NCBI GenBank assembly: GCA_964016885.1
Contig: OZ024742.1
Location: 304,172,001 to 304,236,000 of the forward strand
From: Eledone cirrhosa
Lineage: Eukaryota
DNA: 64,000 nucleotides
Direction: 5' to 3'
Part shown: positions 25,871 to 41,040 of the stretch, in pieces
Layout: the number at the start of each line of letters is the position of its first letter
Position numbering within the stretch: position 1 is the first letter of the stretch
Position numbers and translations under genes: made by a program
The notes under the pieces: generated by a model
What the model was told of the DNA's origin: nothing
Database searches by the model: none
Seen by the model: the letters and a program-made list of their open reading frames with translations, nothing else

Positions 25871-28800
25871 TATATATATATGGAGAGAAAGAGAGAGAGG
25901 GGGGAGAGAGTGAGAGAGAGCGTGTGAGAGAGAGGGGGGGGGGAGATAGATACACACATAGATATATTGATACATAGTTAGAAACTTCGGCTGGTAGGCG
26001 ATATCTTCATGTACCTATTCGTGTGAGTTCTATACATTATCGCGCTAGATATTTTCACTTATTTTTTTGTCTTTAATGATCTTTTTGGCGCGATCAACAT
26101 CTGGAATTTCTGACCTGTCTCCGATCACCTTTTAGCAACTAACCTCTTCCTATCCTTTGGCCTACCCTTCTCTTGAATGTCTATCATTTTAAAATGCACC
26201 AGACGTATATCTCTATTGGCAGAGATACAAAACTCACATACCCCTTTCCCAACCTATGCAGGTCATCTTTCCTAAGCAGGGAAATGAATGCTGACCGGGA
26301 TCAGATTTCAACTGTCATATACCATTTTGACTGACTGGGGATGTCCAAATCTCCCCAGCATCTTTACTTACAGCTCTGTCTCGATCTGAGTAAGAATTTC
26401 TACCTCACGTTTACTAATTGCAAACTTATTTCGTTGAAGATTCCAGAGGAAACTAGCTATGATAACTTCTCGCTCTTTGATGTTATACAGTTACATTTAC
26501 TCTCGGATGCATACGCCTATTTCAAGAGATCCATCTTTTCCGTGTTTGATGTATTGTTTTTGTTGCTTATGATACCCTAAGTTAAAAGCCAACCCTTTAT
26601 TGGTGAAAGTGTTAATAGTAAATCCACTATCACTGATTCTATTGTCTCGGGACTATGATAGATGTGCAAAATGCCTTCCCATTTTTTTCTATCACACTAC
26701 AATTGGTGCAGTGGGGGAAGTTACGGGTTGTACTGTCGTCGTCATGATTAATCCCATTGACAATTTTGGTGCTCACGCTGTTGCTTCAGCTGCTACTGTT
26801 AGTCAGAAAGGGTGGGGATAAGGTTGAGTACATCATGCCGTAGTTGATGCCTTCCTCCTAATTTACCACCCCTCAACATTTTCGATAACAGCGATGTATT
26901 GGGAATTACAATAATATTTCAATAAAGAAAGAAATACTAAAACAATTTCACCAGATTAGTGAGGATAACACAAACAAAACTGACTCCAATTCTTTACCAG
27001 AACAAAATCAACAAAAAGTGGATCGATATAATGGAGCAATGAGAAACCGTTGCATACAATATTTGATATATTCCCAAGGTCAGAACATTGGGGGAATGGT
27101 TTATTCGATTAAAATCGACATCAATACTTGACAGGTACTTTATCTTATCGGACTCGTGAGGACAGCCGTCAAAACTGGGCCCTAACGATTCTACCAATTT
27201 AGCACCCAATGTTAATAATAATAAAATTATTGATGAACACTCTTGAAAAAAATAACGGTGTCAATAATGAAATAAAGATGGGAAAGCTGAATGAAGTTCA
27301 AAGATGTATTTAATTTGTATAGAAATGTTTAGAAATTTGACTACGTTTTGATCTCATAGCTTGAAAGGAATTTCCAATTTGAAATTCTTTAGCTAATTAG
27401 AACACTATATTCTGACGTCATACGTTTCATTCACGTCTCGTAGTCGAACTATCAGCAGCATCAGCAACATCAGCATCAGCAACATCAGCATCAGCATCAG
27501 CAGCATCAGCATCACAGCATCAGCATCAGCATCATCGTCACCATCATTATCATCACCAGTAGTAGTAGTAGTAGTTGTAGTAGTATTAGTAGTAGTTGTA
27601 GTTGTAGTAGTAGTTGTGGGTGGTGATGCTGGTGTTGGTGTTTGTGGTGATTGTGATGACGGTGCTGTTAGTATTATCAGTGGTAATATTAATTACTGTA
27701 CGCTCAATTTCTCTATTCAATCTGTACAGCTGATACAGGTTGATACATTTTAATCGGAAAGAAAAGTCATGTGTAATGACTCGAGTATTTTCCATTTTCT
27801 TCAATCCTGGAAATTTCAAACCAGCATCTACTTCAGCAGTGCTCAAAATATGAATGTAAGATGTTATACCTAAGTACTAAATGGCATGTTGACCGTTTTT
27901 ATATCAATTCTACCAATCCACTGCTTTTCATACCTTACCATGTATTCAAACGGTCAACAATACTTTTCTTCTCTGCTTCTGACGAATCATCTATCCCGAA
28001 ACGTCATATCGCCTTCGCCTTAAACATTCAACCTGATTTAAACTCAGAAACATAACTGTGTTCTTTTTATCGACGCCTAATTCAACAAGTTTAGTGGGCA
28101 CGTTTTATAATTTATGTTACTACAATGCTGAAATTATTACAAATCATTCCGTATATGTCTAACATGAAAATATATTTACTTCTCTACATATTTATAATAT
28201 CCTTGCTTTAAGCTATTCTCCTCAAATCTTCGCTAAATCTCAATCTGTTTTCATACATATCATTGATGGTTGTTTGTCCCCACCTCAACGCTAGTTTATG
28301 CATTGCTTACGTTAGGACATTTTTGGTTTCACAAGCTGGGTAACAGAAGATTTATAACATAAATTATAATGCTATGGAGAGATGTTTTTTTAATTTGTAT
28401 TGTTGATACATATTCATGTAGCAAGCTGTTATTTAGTTATCCTTAGCTTCGTTTACAAGATGTTCTTTTTTTTCTTTTTGGTGGTGGTATATTATCTACT
28501 GATATGTTATCACATACAGATTATAGCATATTTTGCGGTTTGATTTCAAAGGGATATATCCGAAAGAGCTATTTCTCCCCTAATATTATCTTTTTTAAAT
28601 CCAATACGTAACGTGGATATTATGTTGCTTCAAACATCCCCGTTTTTGGAGCCATATATGTTCAATATTCATATTACATGTACTTGTCTTATGCGAAGTA
28701 CATTTTGAAACATTTTCAACATAGATTATCTCTTGACTTCGGGGTTTATTTTCGTACTTATATATTTTATCGATTTTTACCTCTGGAGCTGTACGTTACA

Positions 28801-28974
28801 GGTAAGCAATGAGCACATCACTAGTCCGATGCATATACAATCGAGATACGATAAAAGGAATGTCTGTGCAACTCGCGAGGAAAAATATCACTAAGAACTC
28901 CGTTCGAAATTATTAGATTATTGCATTCCTCGTCGCTGCTTACATATTTCACATATCATCATCAAATCTTTAAC

Positions 28975-29446
<472 letters not shown>

Positions 29447-29447
<1 letters not shown>

Positions 29448-30175
29448 TAAAACGAACACAGATATATACATATATGTGTACAAATCGTAAGGGACCAGAT
29501 TCGCTAAGGTGAAAAGAATACTAACGATAGACAACAGGGTTTGCCAGACTCAATTTAAGAATACATCAAGAAAATAAATACAAACCGGAATTGTGGTAAC
29601 TACCAATCACCCAGACAGCTTTCGTAATGCCGTTTCGCAAAATTAATTGTTGAGAAGCATACCAATTCTTGCTCATCAGTGGATGAAGAATTAGTATCCT
29701 GGACACTTCTAAGTATATTACAAAACTGAAAAGTGTGCGTATATATAATAACGCACATGGATTCTGAACTTAGCCTGTCTCACAAACTCAGACCACTAAA
29801 AATAGCAGCCAGGTTTACTCGACATTTGAATTAGCTCAACAAATTAACGGAGCCGAACATATCAAATTGAGTTAGAAACTCAAAATAGTCTCTGGGTGAT
29901 TGGTAGTTACCACAATTCCGGTTTGTATTTATTTTCTTGATTTATTTTCTTGATTTATTCTCAAATTGAGTCTGGCAAACCCTATTGTCTATAGTTAGTA
30001 TTCTTTTCACCTTGGTGAATCTGGTCCCTTACGATTTGAACACATGTATGTATATATCTGTGTTCGTTTTTCTTTCATATTCAATTATAATATACGGCTC
30101 GGAAAAATCTCTTTCCTCGAGCTATTTTATTATAAGAGACTATTTTGAGTTTCTAACTCAATATATACCTTTGAT
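29447..30175. mobile_element. Family B retrozyme-like insertion in (TA)n with inverted arms and canonical HHR
   Basis: 29449-29613 is inverted at 29893-30070; 29866-29892 is inverted at 30136-30162; HHR at 29608-29685. Confidence 0.85.
29608..29685 (-). ncRNA. Canonical type I hammerhead ribozyme
   Basis: Minus strand: catcca-CTGATGA-gcaagaatt...aattttgc-GAAA-cggc attacgaaa gctg-TC-tgggtg; predicted cleavage between 29614 and 29613. Confidence 0.9.
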
Positions 30176-30191
30176 ATATATATAAATATTA

Positions 30192-32020
30192 ATTTATTAA
30201 AATAACAGATTAAGGTTTAATCAAAGAATCGCTGCTTTCACCCTTAACGGGATCTTCTGAAACTAAAAAAATCAATCTGTGAACGCAGAAGTAAATATTT
30301 CAAAAAACGTTACAACCGAAACAGGAAGACGTAACGTCTAGGTAATTAACGACCGAGAGGTTGGCCTCAACCTGTATGGAGAGGTTGAAGCCTTTAAAGA
30401 AGGCTGTGAGTTCTTTTCTGAACCTGTTGCAATTGCGTGGACCGCATTTGTCATGGTCCAAAGATCGTCATCGCGATACAAACCACCGCCCACATTGGGG
30501 AACTCTTACTTGATAGAGAAAAGAAGGAAAAGGCCGATAAGACCTGTAACCACCGCCGAATCTCTGGCGCCCAAACTCGCGTCGCATGGGGTGCTGTTAG
30601 ATTTTCTTATCCAAATAGAGTCGTCGAAATAAATCACCGACTTACGGGCATTGAAAATGACATCAAATTCGAAATCCTTAATCACCGTGAGCGTTTTAGC
30701 GAAATTGATAGCTCTAAGAAGAAATGGTAAAGTAATGGAGTAGTTATTAATGTCGAATTGGACGAAATGGCAATGTTCCTTGTTGCATATGCCATTGAAC
30801 CAATCAATTACTGCGAAAGAATTATTCCACAGTACAAGAGGGGCCAAGCTTCTAATTTCAGCTATAATTCTATCTAAAATCATTTTACTAAGTCTACCTA
30901 AATCAGACTTCGTAGGGTATATTATTCGAATATAGAGGTTGTTGGCGAAATAGGGTTTGTGATTCTTCAGGGTAAAGTGGGGGAGAAATAGGGTGTCAGA
31001 GGTTCAGTCCGATCCTGGATGAAGTATATAAGTGATTTTAAACCCAGCATCGTTGATGTCATTAATGACACTCCAATTGGTTTTCCGGTAATCCTTTGTT
31101 ACAGCATTATGTAGCAGTTGATGGTAAGTACTGAGCTCCACTTGATATAGATTGCCAGTTTTGACAGAGTGGACGTGAACGGCATTAGAGTCCTTAATAG
31201 AACGAATTCTATTCTTCAGGTCCTGCTGGAAGGAATTGCTCCTATTCCGAAATTTGATAATCCGTATGACTTCTAAGACATTGGTTTTGAAGGGTAGCAA
31301 TTCTGGGTTATTATAAGTTTTAAAACTCCAATTCATCCTGTTTTTTGTCCGCGTTTTCCTGGTTATCGAAATAAAATGCACGCCAATGCGACCTTTTTCT
31401 GTATCAGAAGTTTTATGTATGTCTTCCTGCTAGGTACGGTTATGTACTTTGTAGAAATATTCAGCTGTTGTTTCTGCATGATGAATATAAGGCAATAGAA
31501 TGCTCAACCGAGGGAGTTGAGGCTTTCCCGTCTATCTACAAACGAGCACAATTTCACCGTCCATTCCACATATTACAATGAAGCTGTTGCTCGGAGTGGA
31601 TTTGTCGATAAGGTAGCATATACTAAGTATGAGCATAGACCAAGGAAAAATAGATCCAGACGCATTATATGGTATAACCCACCATATAATATGGAGGTCG
31701 CCACATCATTAGCTAAGATATTTCTCTCCCTTATTAAGAAACATTTCCCCTCAGCATATAATTATAATAACATTTTTAATAGAAATACCATTAAAATATC
31801 TTACTCTACTCCCCTGTTTCGTTTGCAACGTTTTTCGAAATATTTATTTCTGCGTTCACAGATTGGTTTTTTTAGTTTCAGAAGATCGCGTTAAGGGTGA
31901 AAGTAGCGATTCTTTGCTTAAACTTTAATCTGTTATTTTAATAAATATTTGCTCAAGGGTTCTTATATATTTGATATATATTTATCCTTATCTTTGGATT
32001 TTAGTCTACAAATTTATTAT
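30192..32020. mobile_element. Rearranged Penelope-like element: RT remnant on minus (~31400-30330), linker remnant on plus (~31500-31810), inverted ~134-bp terminal segments
   Basis: Minus: FVQFDINNYS, DASLGARDSAVVTGLIGLFLL, GGLYRDD, VVNYLDVT; plus: RRIIWYNPPYNMEVATSLAKIFLSLIKKHFP...IFNRNTIKISYS; 30192-30325 is inverted at 31813-31946. Confidence 0.85.
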
Positions 32021-32025
32021 TATTA

Positions 32026-32085
<60 letters not shown>

Positions 32086-32172
32086 GAAAAGGCAAGTAAG
32101 GTTCTATACAAAGCAATGGTTATAGAAAAAAGATAAAGTTGGAAATAGCACGGAAAATATTTCGAACTTCAT

Positions 32173-32263
<91 letters not shown>

Positions 32264-33000
32264 TCTCTCTTTATATATATGCTTTGCAAGGTTTTTGATA
32301 TGAAATCATGAGTTGAAACAAACATTGATTGCCAGATAAATTAACTATGGTGTGTTCTATCATTATTTCTGGCAATATTATAACAATATGACCCTCCCCA
32401 AATATAACAATCCTATTCTCCATATATGTTATCATGTTTCGTTGTGATCCGTCTTCTCTCTCCTTCTACCTACCTATTTCGTTGTTATCTACTCTTTTCC
32501 CTCTTTATTTTCTCCGTTTCTCCCTCTCACTTTCACTCACCCTCTCTCTTCAGCCACCTCATTGTTTCCCTCGCCTAACCCTCTTGCAGTTCTTTTCTCA
32601 CTTACACTCGCTGGGATCAGATGTCTCTTTTCGTTCGTCCCCACGCTCTAGAACATATGTTCGGCTACCGATGTGGACTTGGATTTTCATTCTTCAAGTT
32701 GCTCGCATATTCTTCGGTTTGTTGCTTTATTCACTGTTTTCTCTTTTCTTTCTTCTTTCCCTCTTCCCTTCTATTTTCCTTCCCTCTCTCCTCCGTTTTC
32801 CCAATAACTTACCTAGTTATTGAACGCTCTGGGGGTAGATATATTTTCTTTAAAGCGTTGAAATATTCGAGACCTCCCAGTAGACAACTGATGAGGACAG
32901 TTCTTGCTTTCTTCTTATTCTTATTCATATTTGTAAACCTACCTTAACTAGCAACTACACAGCCATCCTATTTCCTATTCTCCCCCTCTCTCTCCCTCTT

Positions 33001-33138
<138 letters not shown>

Positions 33139-33348
33139 AAGGGCGGTGCCCCAGCATGGCCTCAGCCGGATGGCTGGAAGAGGTAAAAGAGTAATATATA
33201 TATATATATACTATATATATATATATATATATTTCTGATCACATATTCTATTTTGATGCATCTTATTCTTCCTTTAACTCTGTAGCAGCTATATTTCCTT
33301 CAAATTGTACTACCATCTCAGAATAATATGATAAGTATATGGTAACTA

Positions 33349-34245
33349 CGAGGTTCGGCTGAAAGTTTCTTAGGCTGACTATGAAGTAGTGATGCTAGAG
33401 CTGTGAATTCTTGTATGTATTAATTCTTCTTATTAATAATTGCATTATTTCTTCTCAGGTAATCGGCCATCTGATTGTTTTCAATCGGCCATCTGATGAA
33501 GATGGACAAAATTAGGCATCGTGGTGTTAAAGAATACCTACAGAAAAAGGGGTTGTCCTCCCAGGACATTAATACTGACATCTTTGCTACATTAAAGGAT
33601 GACGCTCCAGCTCTAGCAACAATAGAAAAGTGGGCAGCTGAATTTAGGAGGAGAAGGGAGAGTCTTGAATATGACTCGTGATCTGGATGTCATGCAACTG
33701 CCACTATCAAGGAAAACATTAATGGTGTTCATCACATGGTCATGCACGACAGACAATTGACTAAAAATCAAATAGCCAATGCTATTGATATATTATGCGA
33801 GAGGATTGGGAATATCCTGCACAATAAACTTGCATGACAAAGGTTTCTGATCGTTCATTTACATTACATGTCTTCCAACAGCGTACTAGGTTGCTCACAT
33901 CACGGAAAAATCTGACATTATTTGAAGTAAATCCAGCTCGTTTCCTGAAACGTTTGCTAAACTAGGATGATTGATTAGTTCAGCACATTGAACCAGAGAC
34001 TATCTATGCACTGGAAACCCTTCTAATCTGCTCCAGCGAAGGCCAATTTCCTTTCCTTTGCTGGTAAGGAGATGGCCTCAGCTTCTGGGGATGCAAAATT
34101 CATTGTTTGTTGACTATCTTCAAAGGGGCTACACCATCAATGAGAGGAATATGCCACCTTGCTGAGGCAGTTACGAAAGAAAATCAAGATCAAATGCCCA
34201 GAAAAATTGGCGAAAGGGGTTTGTTTCATCAAGGCACACAAATCC
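33349..34245 (+). mobile_element. Decayed mariner DNA transposon (5' TIR and transposase pseudogene)
   Basis: TA|cgaggttcggctgaaag start; MDKIRHRGVKEYLQKKGLSSQDI...APALATIEKWAAEFRR HTH region; later dylqrg.tin...y..LLRQLRKKIKIKCP; many stops. Confidence 0.85.
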
Positions 34246-34552
34246 AGTGAAAATCGTTTGTGGTTTAATTCCAGAAAACCATATAATCATCCTATCTTAT
34301 CTACAACTACATTATGGGATATGTGTGTTTACAATTTCATGATGGTAGGCTATGATTTGACGGACATGCTGCAGTTACTCTTAGCAAAATGAACGACAAT
34401 GCTGCTTCTAGGGAGTGGTATCTAATTAATGCGATCCACTCAGATTTGTTCCATGTGGGTTTATATAATTTTTATTTTGCAATATTATTGATGTATTCCC
34501 TACGTTGACATGGTGTGGTTGATAGAGTGTTAAGATTGAAGCTTCATTATTA

Positions 34553-34740
34553 TGGTGAATTGGCAGTATCGGTGGAGGGTTGGACGCCATGCTTTCTAGC
34601 ATAGTTACGTCCCTTTACGGTCTGAGTTCAAATCCCGCCGAGGTTAACTTTGCCTTTCATCCTTACGGGGTCGATAAAATAAAGTACCAGTAATGTACTG
34701 GGTAATTGCTGGCCTTGTGCCTAAAGTAGAAACAATTATT
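34553..34740 (+). mobile_element. Meta-domain SINE, near-identical to 18445-18625
   Basis: Direct sequence match. Confidence 0.85.
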
Positions 34741-36352
34741 TATGCAACATACCTCTGCGGTATTCAAGAGAGTGTTATATTGTCAATCCATGCCATACTT
34801 AGATTTGTTTTCTTACTCTTTTTTGTTGTTGTCAATGACATCTACGCTTATTGATAGCGGTTTTTACTTAATATTTCTTTTTACTTCGAGTATCTATTTC
34901 TAAAACGTTTTTCATCCTGAGGTATATATTATTTTCCATATAAAAAAAACAGCCGCTGGAAGGAGATTCCTTGTGTCAAAGACCTTATAAACAGCAAAAC
35001 GATGAATACGTACGTGTATGTGCAACATGTTAGAAATAGAAACTAAATTTCATCCCAAGAACAGGAACAAATGAAGAATACATTGGTTAATGTATTTCAA
35101 CATGCAAATGAAAAGCAGAGATTAGTACGGATTGAATTTCTTCCATCATTAGTTTTCTCAATTAAGGTTGACATGGAGCTAAATTATAAGTAGCGAAACA
35201 GTTTATATATTAATATTTATTGTTGCATAAACGTGGGTTAGATTTCACTGAATGAATCCCCCATCCCATTCGCATTTCCTTATATATTCAATTTTTGAAA
35301 TTGATTGTTTCTTCATAGTTTAGATTTACGTTATAATTATACAGATATTTTGTTTATGTAACAGGAAAAATTCTTAAATTTCTTAGCTTTGTGCCTTTGT
35401 CTTCAAGTCCTGCTGAAATTGCACTCTTTATTCAGGCAATTTATCGAAAGTTGGCCATGTAAATATATTTCCAACCGGCATCATTGCATGTGAGTTTGTA
35501 ATAACAGATTATTTTAAATAAGAACAGTGAGATTTTTTTTCAAGTATGTATATGAATATGTTGAGGTATGATCATATATATTATATTGAATCGCCAGTCT
35601 GAGGATCATATAAATATTGGATTCGGGTTCATAATTTTTGTGGGTGACCTTGAGATGGACATGGGTGTCGATCATGATCCGAGGGAAAGGACCTGCTTTG
35701 AGTATGCACCTGTAGAGAGGAGCAGGATCACTTTCTTTAGTGGCAAGGCTGACAGTAGAATTTTGTTGGTTTCTCCATGAATAGCCATCGGAAGTTTTGT
35801 ATGTTTTGTTGTAATCTATTTTCCTTTTGCATTTGTTACTATATTTTATTACTTGGTTTCATTTAAACCCAAGCTGCTTCGCCTTATTTAGGCCTTGATC
35901 GGTTTGTAAATGCTTCTGGTTAATAATGAAATCATCATGATTATTTCGCAGAGTCGTTAGAGCATTGGGCGAAATTCTTTGCAGTATTTGTTCTGAGTTC
36001 GAAAGCAACCGAGCTTTACTTTGCCTTCCAGACTTTCGAAGTCGATAAAATCATGTAGAAATAGAAGTGATATGGTTTAATATGTGTAAAATTGTTTTAC
36101 TTACATGAGCTGCTATATGCTTTATTATTTCAGTTTATGTCATCATAGCAACAGCAACAGTAATGAAAATGTACTACAACACGAAGCGACAAGAGAAATC
36201 ATTATAAATTATAAATTTGATGTGTATTACTATTGTTTACAGTTTCAATAAGAAATCTAACACTGCACTTGGAAACATGTTTACTTGAATGCAACGCCAC
36301 CACACGCACACAGACACACAGACACACACACACATACACACACACACACACA

Positions 36353-36532
<180 letters not shown>

Positions 36533-36824
36533 GCCAAGATGAAGTAGTAGATTAAGACCAGAAAGAACTGGGAGCAGAAAAGAAAAGGGAAAGTCATGGA
36601 GGAGGTCAACGAATGTGAGACGAAGAACTTTGAAGAAATATCGAATAGGTAGTAATAAAGATAAAATGAACATCATATGGTGCGTGTGTCATTTTATTGC
36701 CAATAATGGCAACATGAGCACACCTAAACGTTACAATAAATATATATATTAGTCGAGTGGCTAATATGTCGGATCTATCAAACGAAACGGCCGTATTCTA
36801 TTATATATACATACACACACATAT

Positions 36825-36892
<68 letters not shown>

Positions 36893-37100
36893 GGAGTGAG
36901 AGAGAGGTAGAATACTAGAAGGTAATATCTGTAGTGGTAGAGCACTCAGTCCATGGGACGAGTTTGGTAGAAGTAACACAACAGTTAGTTCACCATCCAA
37001 TTGTATCACCTTATGCGGATCTTCCCAGATATATATTTATATATATATATATATATATATATAATAATTTATGTATATATGTATATATATATATATATAT

Positions 37101-37134
<34 letters not shown>

Positions 37135-38719
37135 TGTGTGTGTGGGTGCATGCAATTAACACATACACACAAATTGCACACGCACCATACATACACAAAC
37201 ACTCACTCATACATGTTACCAAATAATTGAATGCACTGCCATGGCAAGGACCACTCTCGATAATTTGGTCTCACATTTCAATACCTTGTTTTGGTAGGTG
37301 CATTGTATCTTGCACGTGTCAGCGGTTACCTGGCAGCTGAGAGATCACTATAGATTTTCATACTTCTAAAGTTCAAATCTTTTTCAAGCACCTTCTTTAC
37401 AGTAGGTAATAGTACCGATAGAAGGCTAGGCCCTAGCGGTTCATGTGTTGGATTTCAGAGCATAATCCACAGGATTCGAATCCTGGACAGTGTTGGGGTG
37501 GGGGTGATAGCGATATTTCACTCCACGCTGATCTAGTACACTCAGCTGAAAATGAGTACCAGCAGATGATGGAGGTTAATCTTGCGATGCATTGGCGTCC
37601 TTTAATCCCAGTCTATTAACGTCGATGAAAGTGGGATTAATGTGAGAGTGAGGTGAGGAGATATTAGCTTACATTGAACAGGGATGTGTATGCTCTGACC
37701 TCAACTACAAGGCGGCTTCTCTCCCATGTCTGGGTGGTCTGCCTTATTTATGATGTATCAACCTAATGTTTAACCTGCTGAAATATATTTTAGAATGTTC
37801 TTTATTAAATATATGTACACCTCCCATATATTTTGTAACCCCATTTGTGTGACAGGTTTTGTATTGCGTGATAAAAGCCCTTGTGGACAATAAAGAAGTT
37901 GTTAATATCATTATTATTATTATTGTTGTTGTTGTTGATGATATTTTTATGTTGACATTATTATTATTATTATTATTATTATATTATATTATTATTATTA
38001 TTATTATTGTTATTATTATTATTGTTGTTTAATAATTATTAATATAACAAAACAAATATGATAACAATAAGGTTGAATATTCTAAATAAAGTTTCTAATT
38101 ATGCTGATATCGATATATTTAGCATAAAAGAAGATGATGGATGTGGAAAAAAACAAGAAAATACATTAAAATATATTATAACTGAATATTGTTAATGCAC
38201 TAAGGGAAGAGAAGACAAGAAAGACGTCATTTTCCTTTCATTGAAGAGGCCGTTTCACGGCTTAGCTTTATTTCTTCAGTGACGCTTTTAATAACGAAAG
38301 CTTAGCAAACTAAAACTATGTGTGAACACGAGAATGGGGTGTATGTATGTATTACGGGATGGTCGTTGTGAATAAGAGGCATTAATGTTAAAGAATGAAT
38401 GAAGTAAACAGGAATATTGCGGAAATAAGGAGCATTGATAATGGAGAGAGAGTTAAAAGAGAATCAAAAATACATATGAAAAATAATACCGATAATAAAA
38501 TAATGTTATAATAATATAATATAAAATGGTGTCCGATAAAGTTGGTTTAGTTTCTTTCTAATAATGTAAAGACAATGGGAATATTGATTGATGTTGTGCT
38601 GAAAGTACAGTTACAAAGTCAGAAGTCTAGTTCCTTCTTCGCTATGTTGTTATCATCAACGCAGGTCAGTATTGTTTTCAATGGAAAAATTAAAAGCAGT
38701 TAAAACATATAGTACAACA

Positions 38720-40907
38720 CTGTTGCTGTTGCTGTTGTTGTTGTTCTCATTATTATTCGTACTATTGTTATTATTGTTGTTATTATTGTTGTTATTGTCG
38801 TTACTGTTGTTATTATTATTGTTATTGTTGTTACTTTTGTTATTGTTGTTGTTATTGTCGTTACTATTGTTATTATTGTTGTTATTGTTGTCGTTATTGT
38901 CGTTATTGTTGTTATTGTTGTTGTTACTGTCGTTATTGTCGTTACTGTTGTTATTGTTGTCGTTATTGTTGTTATTGTTGTCGTTATTGTCGTTATTGTT
39001 GTTGTTATTGTCGTTATTGTTGTGACTGTTGTTATTGCTGTTGTTACTGTTGTTACTGTTGTTATTGTTGTTGTTATTGTTGTTACTGTTGTTATTGTTG
39101 TTGTCATTGTTGTTACTGTTGTTATTGTTGTCGTTATTGTCGTTACTGTTGTTATTGTTGTTGTTATTGTCGTTACTGTTGTAATTGTTGTTATTGACGT
39201 TGTTGTTGGAGTTGCTATTGTTGACGTTGTTGTTATTATTATTATGGTTGTCGGTGTTGTTGATGTCATTGTTATTGTTATTGTTGTTGTTGTTGTATTT
39301 GCCGATGTTGTTCTTGTTAACGTTGTGTTGACGTCATTGTTATTGTTATCATTGTTGTTGTTGTATTTGACAATGTTGTTATTGCTGTCGTTGTTGTTGT
39401 AGTTGACGTTGTTGTTATTGCTGTTGTAGTTGACGATGTTGTTATTGTTGTTGTTGTAGTTGACGATGTTGCTGTTGCTGTTGTAGTTGACGATGTTGTT
39501 ATTGCTGTTGTTGTTGACGCTGTTGTTATTGCTATTGTTGTTGTATTTGATGATGTTGTTATTGCTGTTGTTGTTGTTGTAATTGACGATGTTGTTATTG
39601 CTGTTGTTGTTGTTGTAGTTGACGATGTTGTTATTGCTGTTGTTGTTGTTGTAGTTGACGCTGTTGTTATTGCTGTTGTTGTTGTTGTAGTTGACGATGT
39701 TGTTATTGCTGTTGTTGTTGTTGTAGTTGACGCTGTTGTTATTGCTGTTGTTGTTGTTGTAGTTGACGATGTTGTTATTGCTGTTGTTGTTGACGCTGTT
39801 GTTATTGCTATTGTTGTTGTATTTGACGATGTTGTTATTGCTGCTGTTGTTGTTGTAATTGACGATGTTGTTATTGCTGTTGTTGTTGTTGTAGTTGACG
39901 ATGTTGTTATTGCTGTTGTTGTTGACGCTGTTGTTATTGCTATTGTTGTTGTATTTGACGATGTTGTTATTGCTGCTGTTGTTGTTGTATCTGACGCTGT
40001 TGTTATTGCTGTTGTTGTAGTTGACGATGTTGTTATTGCTGTTGTTGTTGTTGTTGTAGTTGACGATGTTGTTATTGCTGTTGTTGTTGTTGTTGTAGTT
40101 GACGATGTTGTTATTGCTGTTGTTGTTGACGCTGTTGTTATTGCTATTGTTGTTGTATTTGACGATGTTGTTATTGCTGCTGTTGTTGCTGTATTTGACG
40201 CTGTTGTTATTGCTGTTGTTGTTGTTGTAATTGACGCTGTTTTTATTGCTGTTGTTGCTGTTGTATTTGACGATGTTGTTATTGCTGTTGTTGTTGTATT
40301 TGACGATGTTGTTATTGCTGCTGTTGTTGTTGTATTTGACGATGTTGTTATTGCTGCTGTTGTTGTTGTAATTGACGATGTTGTTATTGCTGTTGTTGCT
40401 GTGGTAGTTGACGATGTTGTTATTGCTGTTGTTGTTGCTGTCGTAGTTGACGCTGTTGTTATTGCTGTCGTATTTGACGATGTTGTTATTGCTGTTGTTG
40501 TTGTTGTAGTTGACGCTGTTGTTATTGCTGTTGTTGTTGCTGTCGTAGTTGACGCTGTTGTTATTGCTGTTGTTGTTGTTGTAGTTGACGCTGTTGTTAT
40601 TGCTGTTGTTGTTGCTGTCGTAGTTGACGCTGTTGTTATTGCTGTTGTTGCTGTCGTTGACGCTGTTGTTATTGCTGTTGTTGTTGCTGTCGTAGTTGAC
40701 GCTGTTGTTATTGCTGTTGTTGTTGCTGTCGTAGTTGACGATGTTGTTATTGCTGTTGTTGTTGCTGTCGTAGCTGACGATGTTGTTATTGTTGTCGTAG
40801 TTGACGATGTTGTTATTGCTGTTGTTGCTGTTGTATTTGACGATGTTGTTATTATTATTGTTGTTGTCGGTGATGTTGACGTTATCGTTATTTCTTTTTG
40901 TTATTGG

Positions 40908-40948
<41 letters not shown>

Positions 40949-41040
40949 TTGTTTTATTTAACGATGTTGTTGTTGTTGTTGTATTTGACGCTATTGTTAT
41001 TATTGATGTTGTATTTGACGATGTTGTTATTCGTATTGAT
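38720..41040. repeat. (GTT)-derived compound minisatellite; core unit ~36-39 bp gttgacgatgttgttattgctgttgttgttgttgta
   Basis: Direct reading; followed by (GTT)n/(GAT)n/(CTT)n tracts to ~42125. Confidence 0.9.

Noticed and set aside
27979-28005. CTGACGA...GAAACGTC hammerhead-like core
   Set aside because: Stems I and II do not pair; at best a decayed relic
32888-32950. CTGATGAG after a pyrimidine-rich stretch resembling PLE 3' regions
   Set aside because: No GAAA or closing stems found
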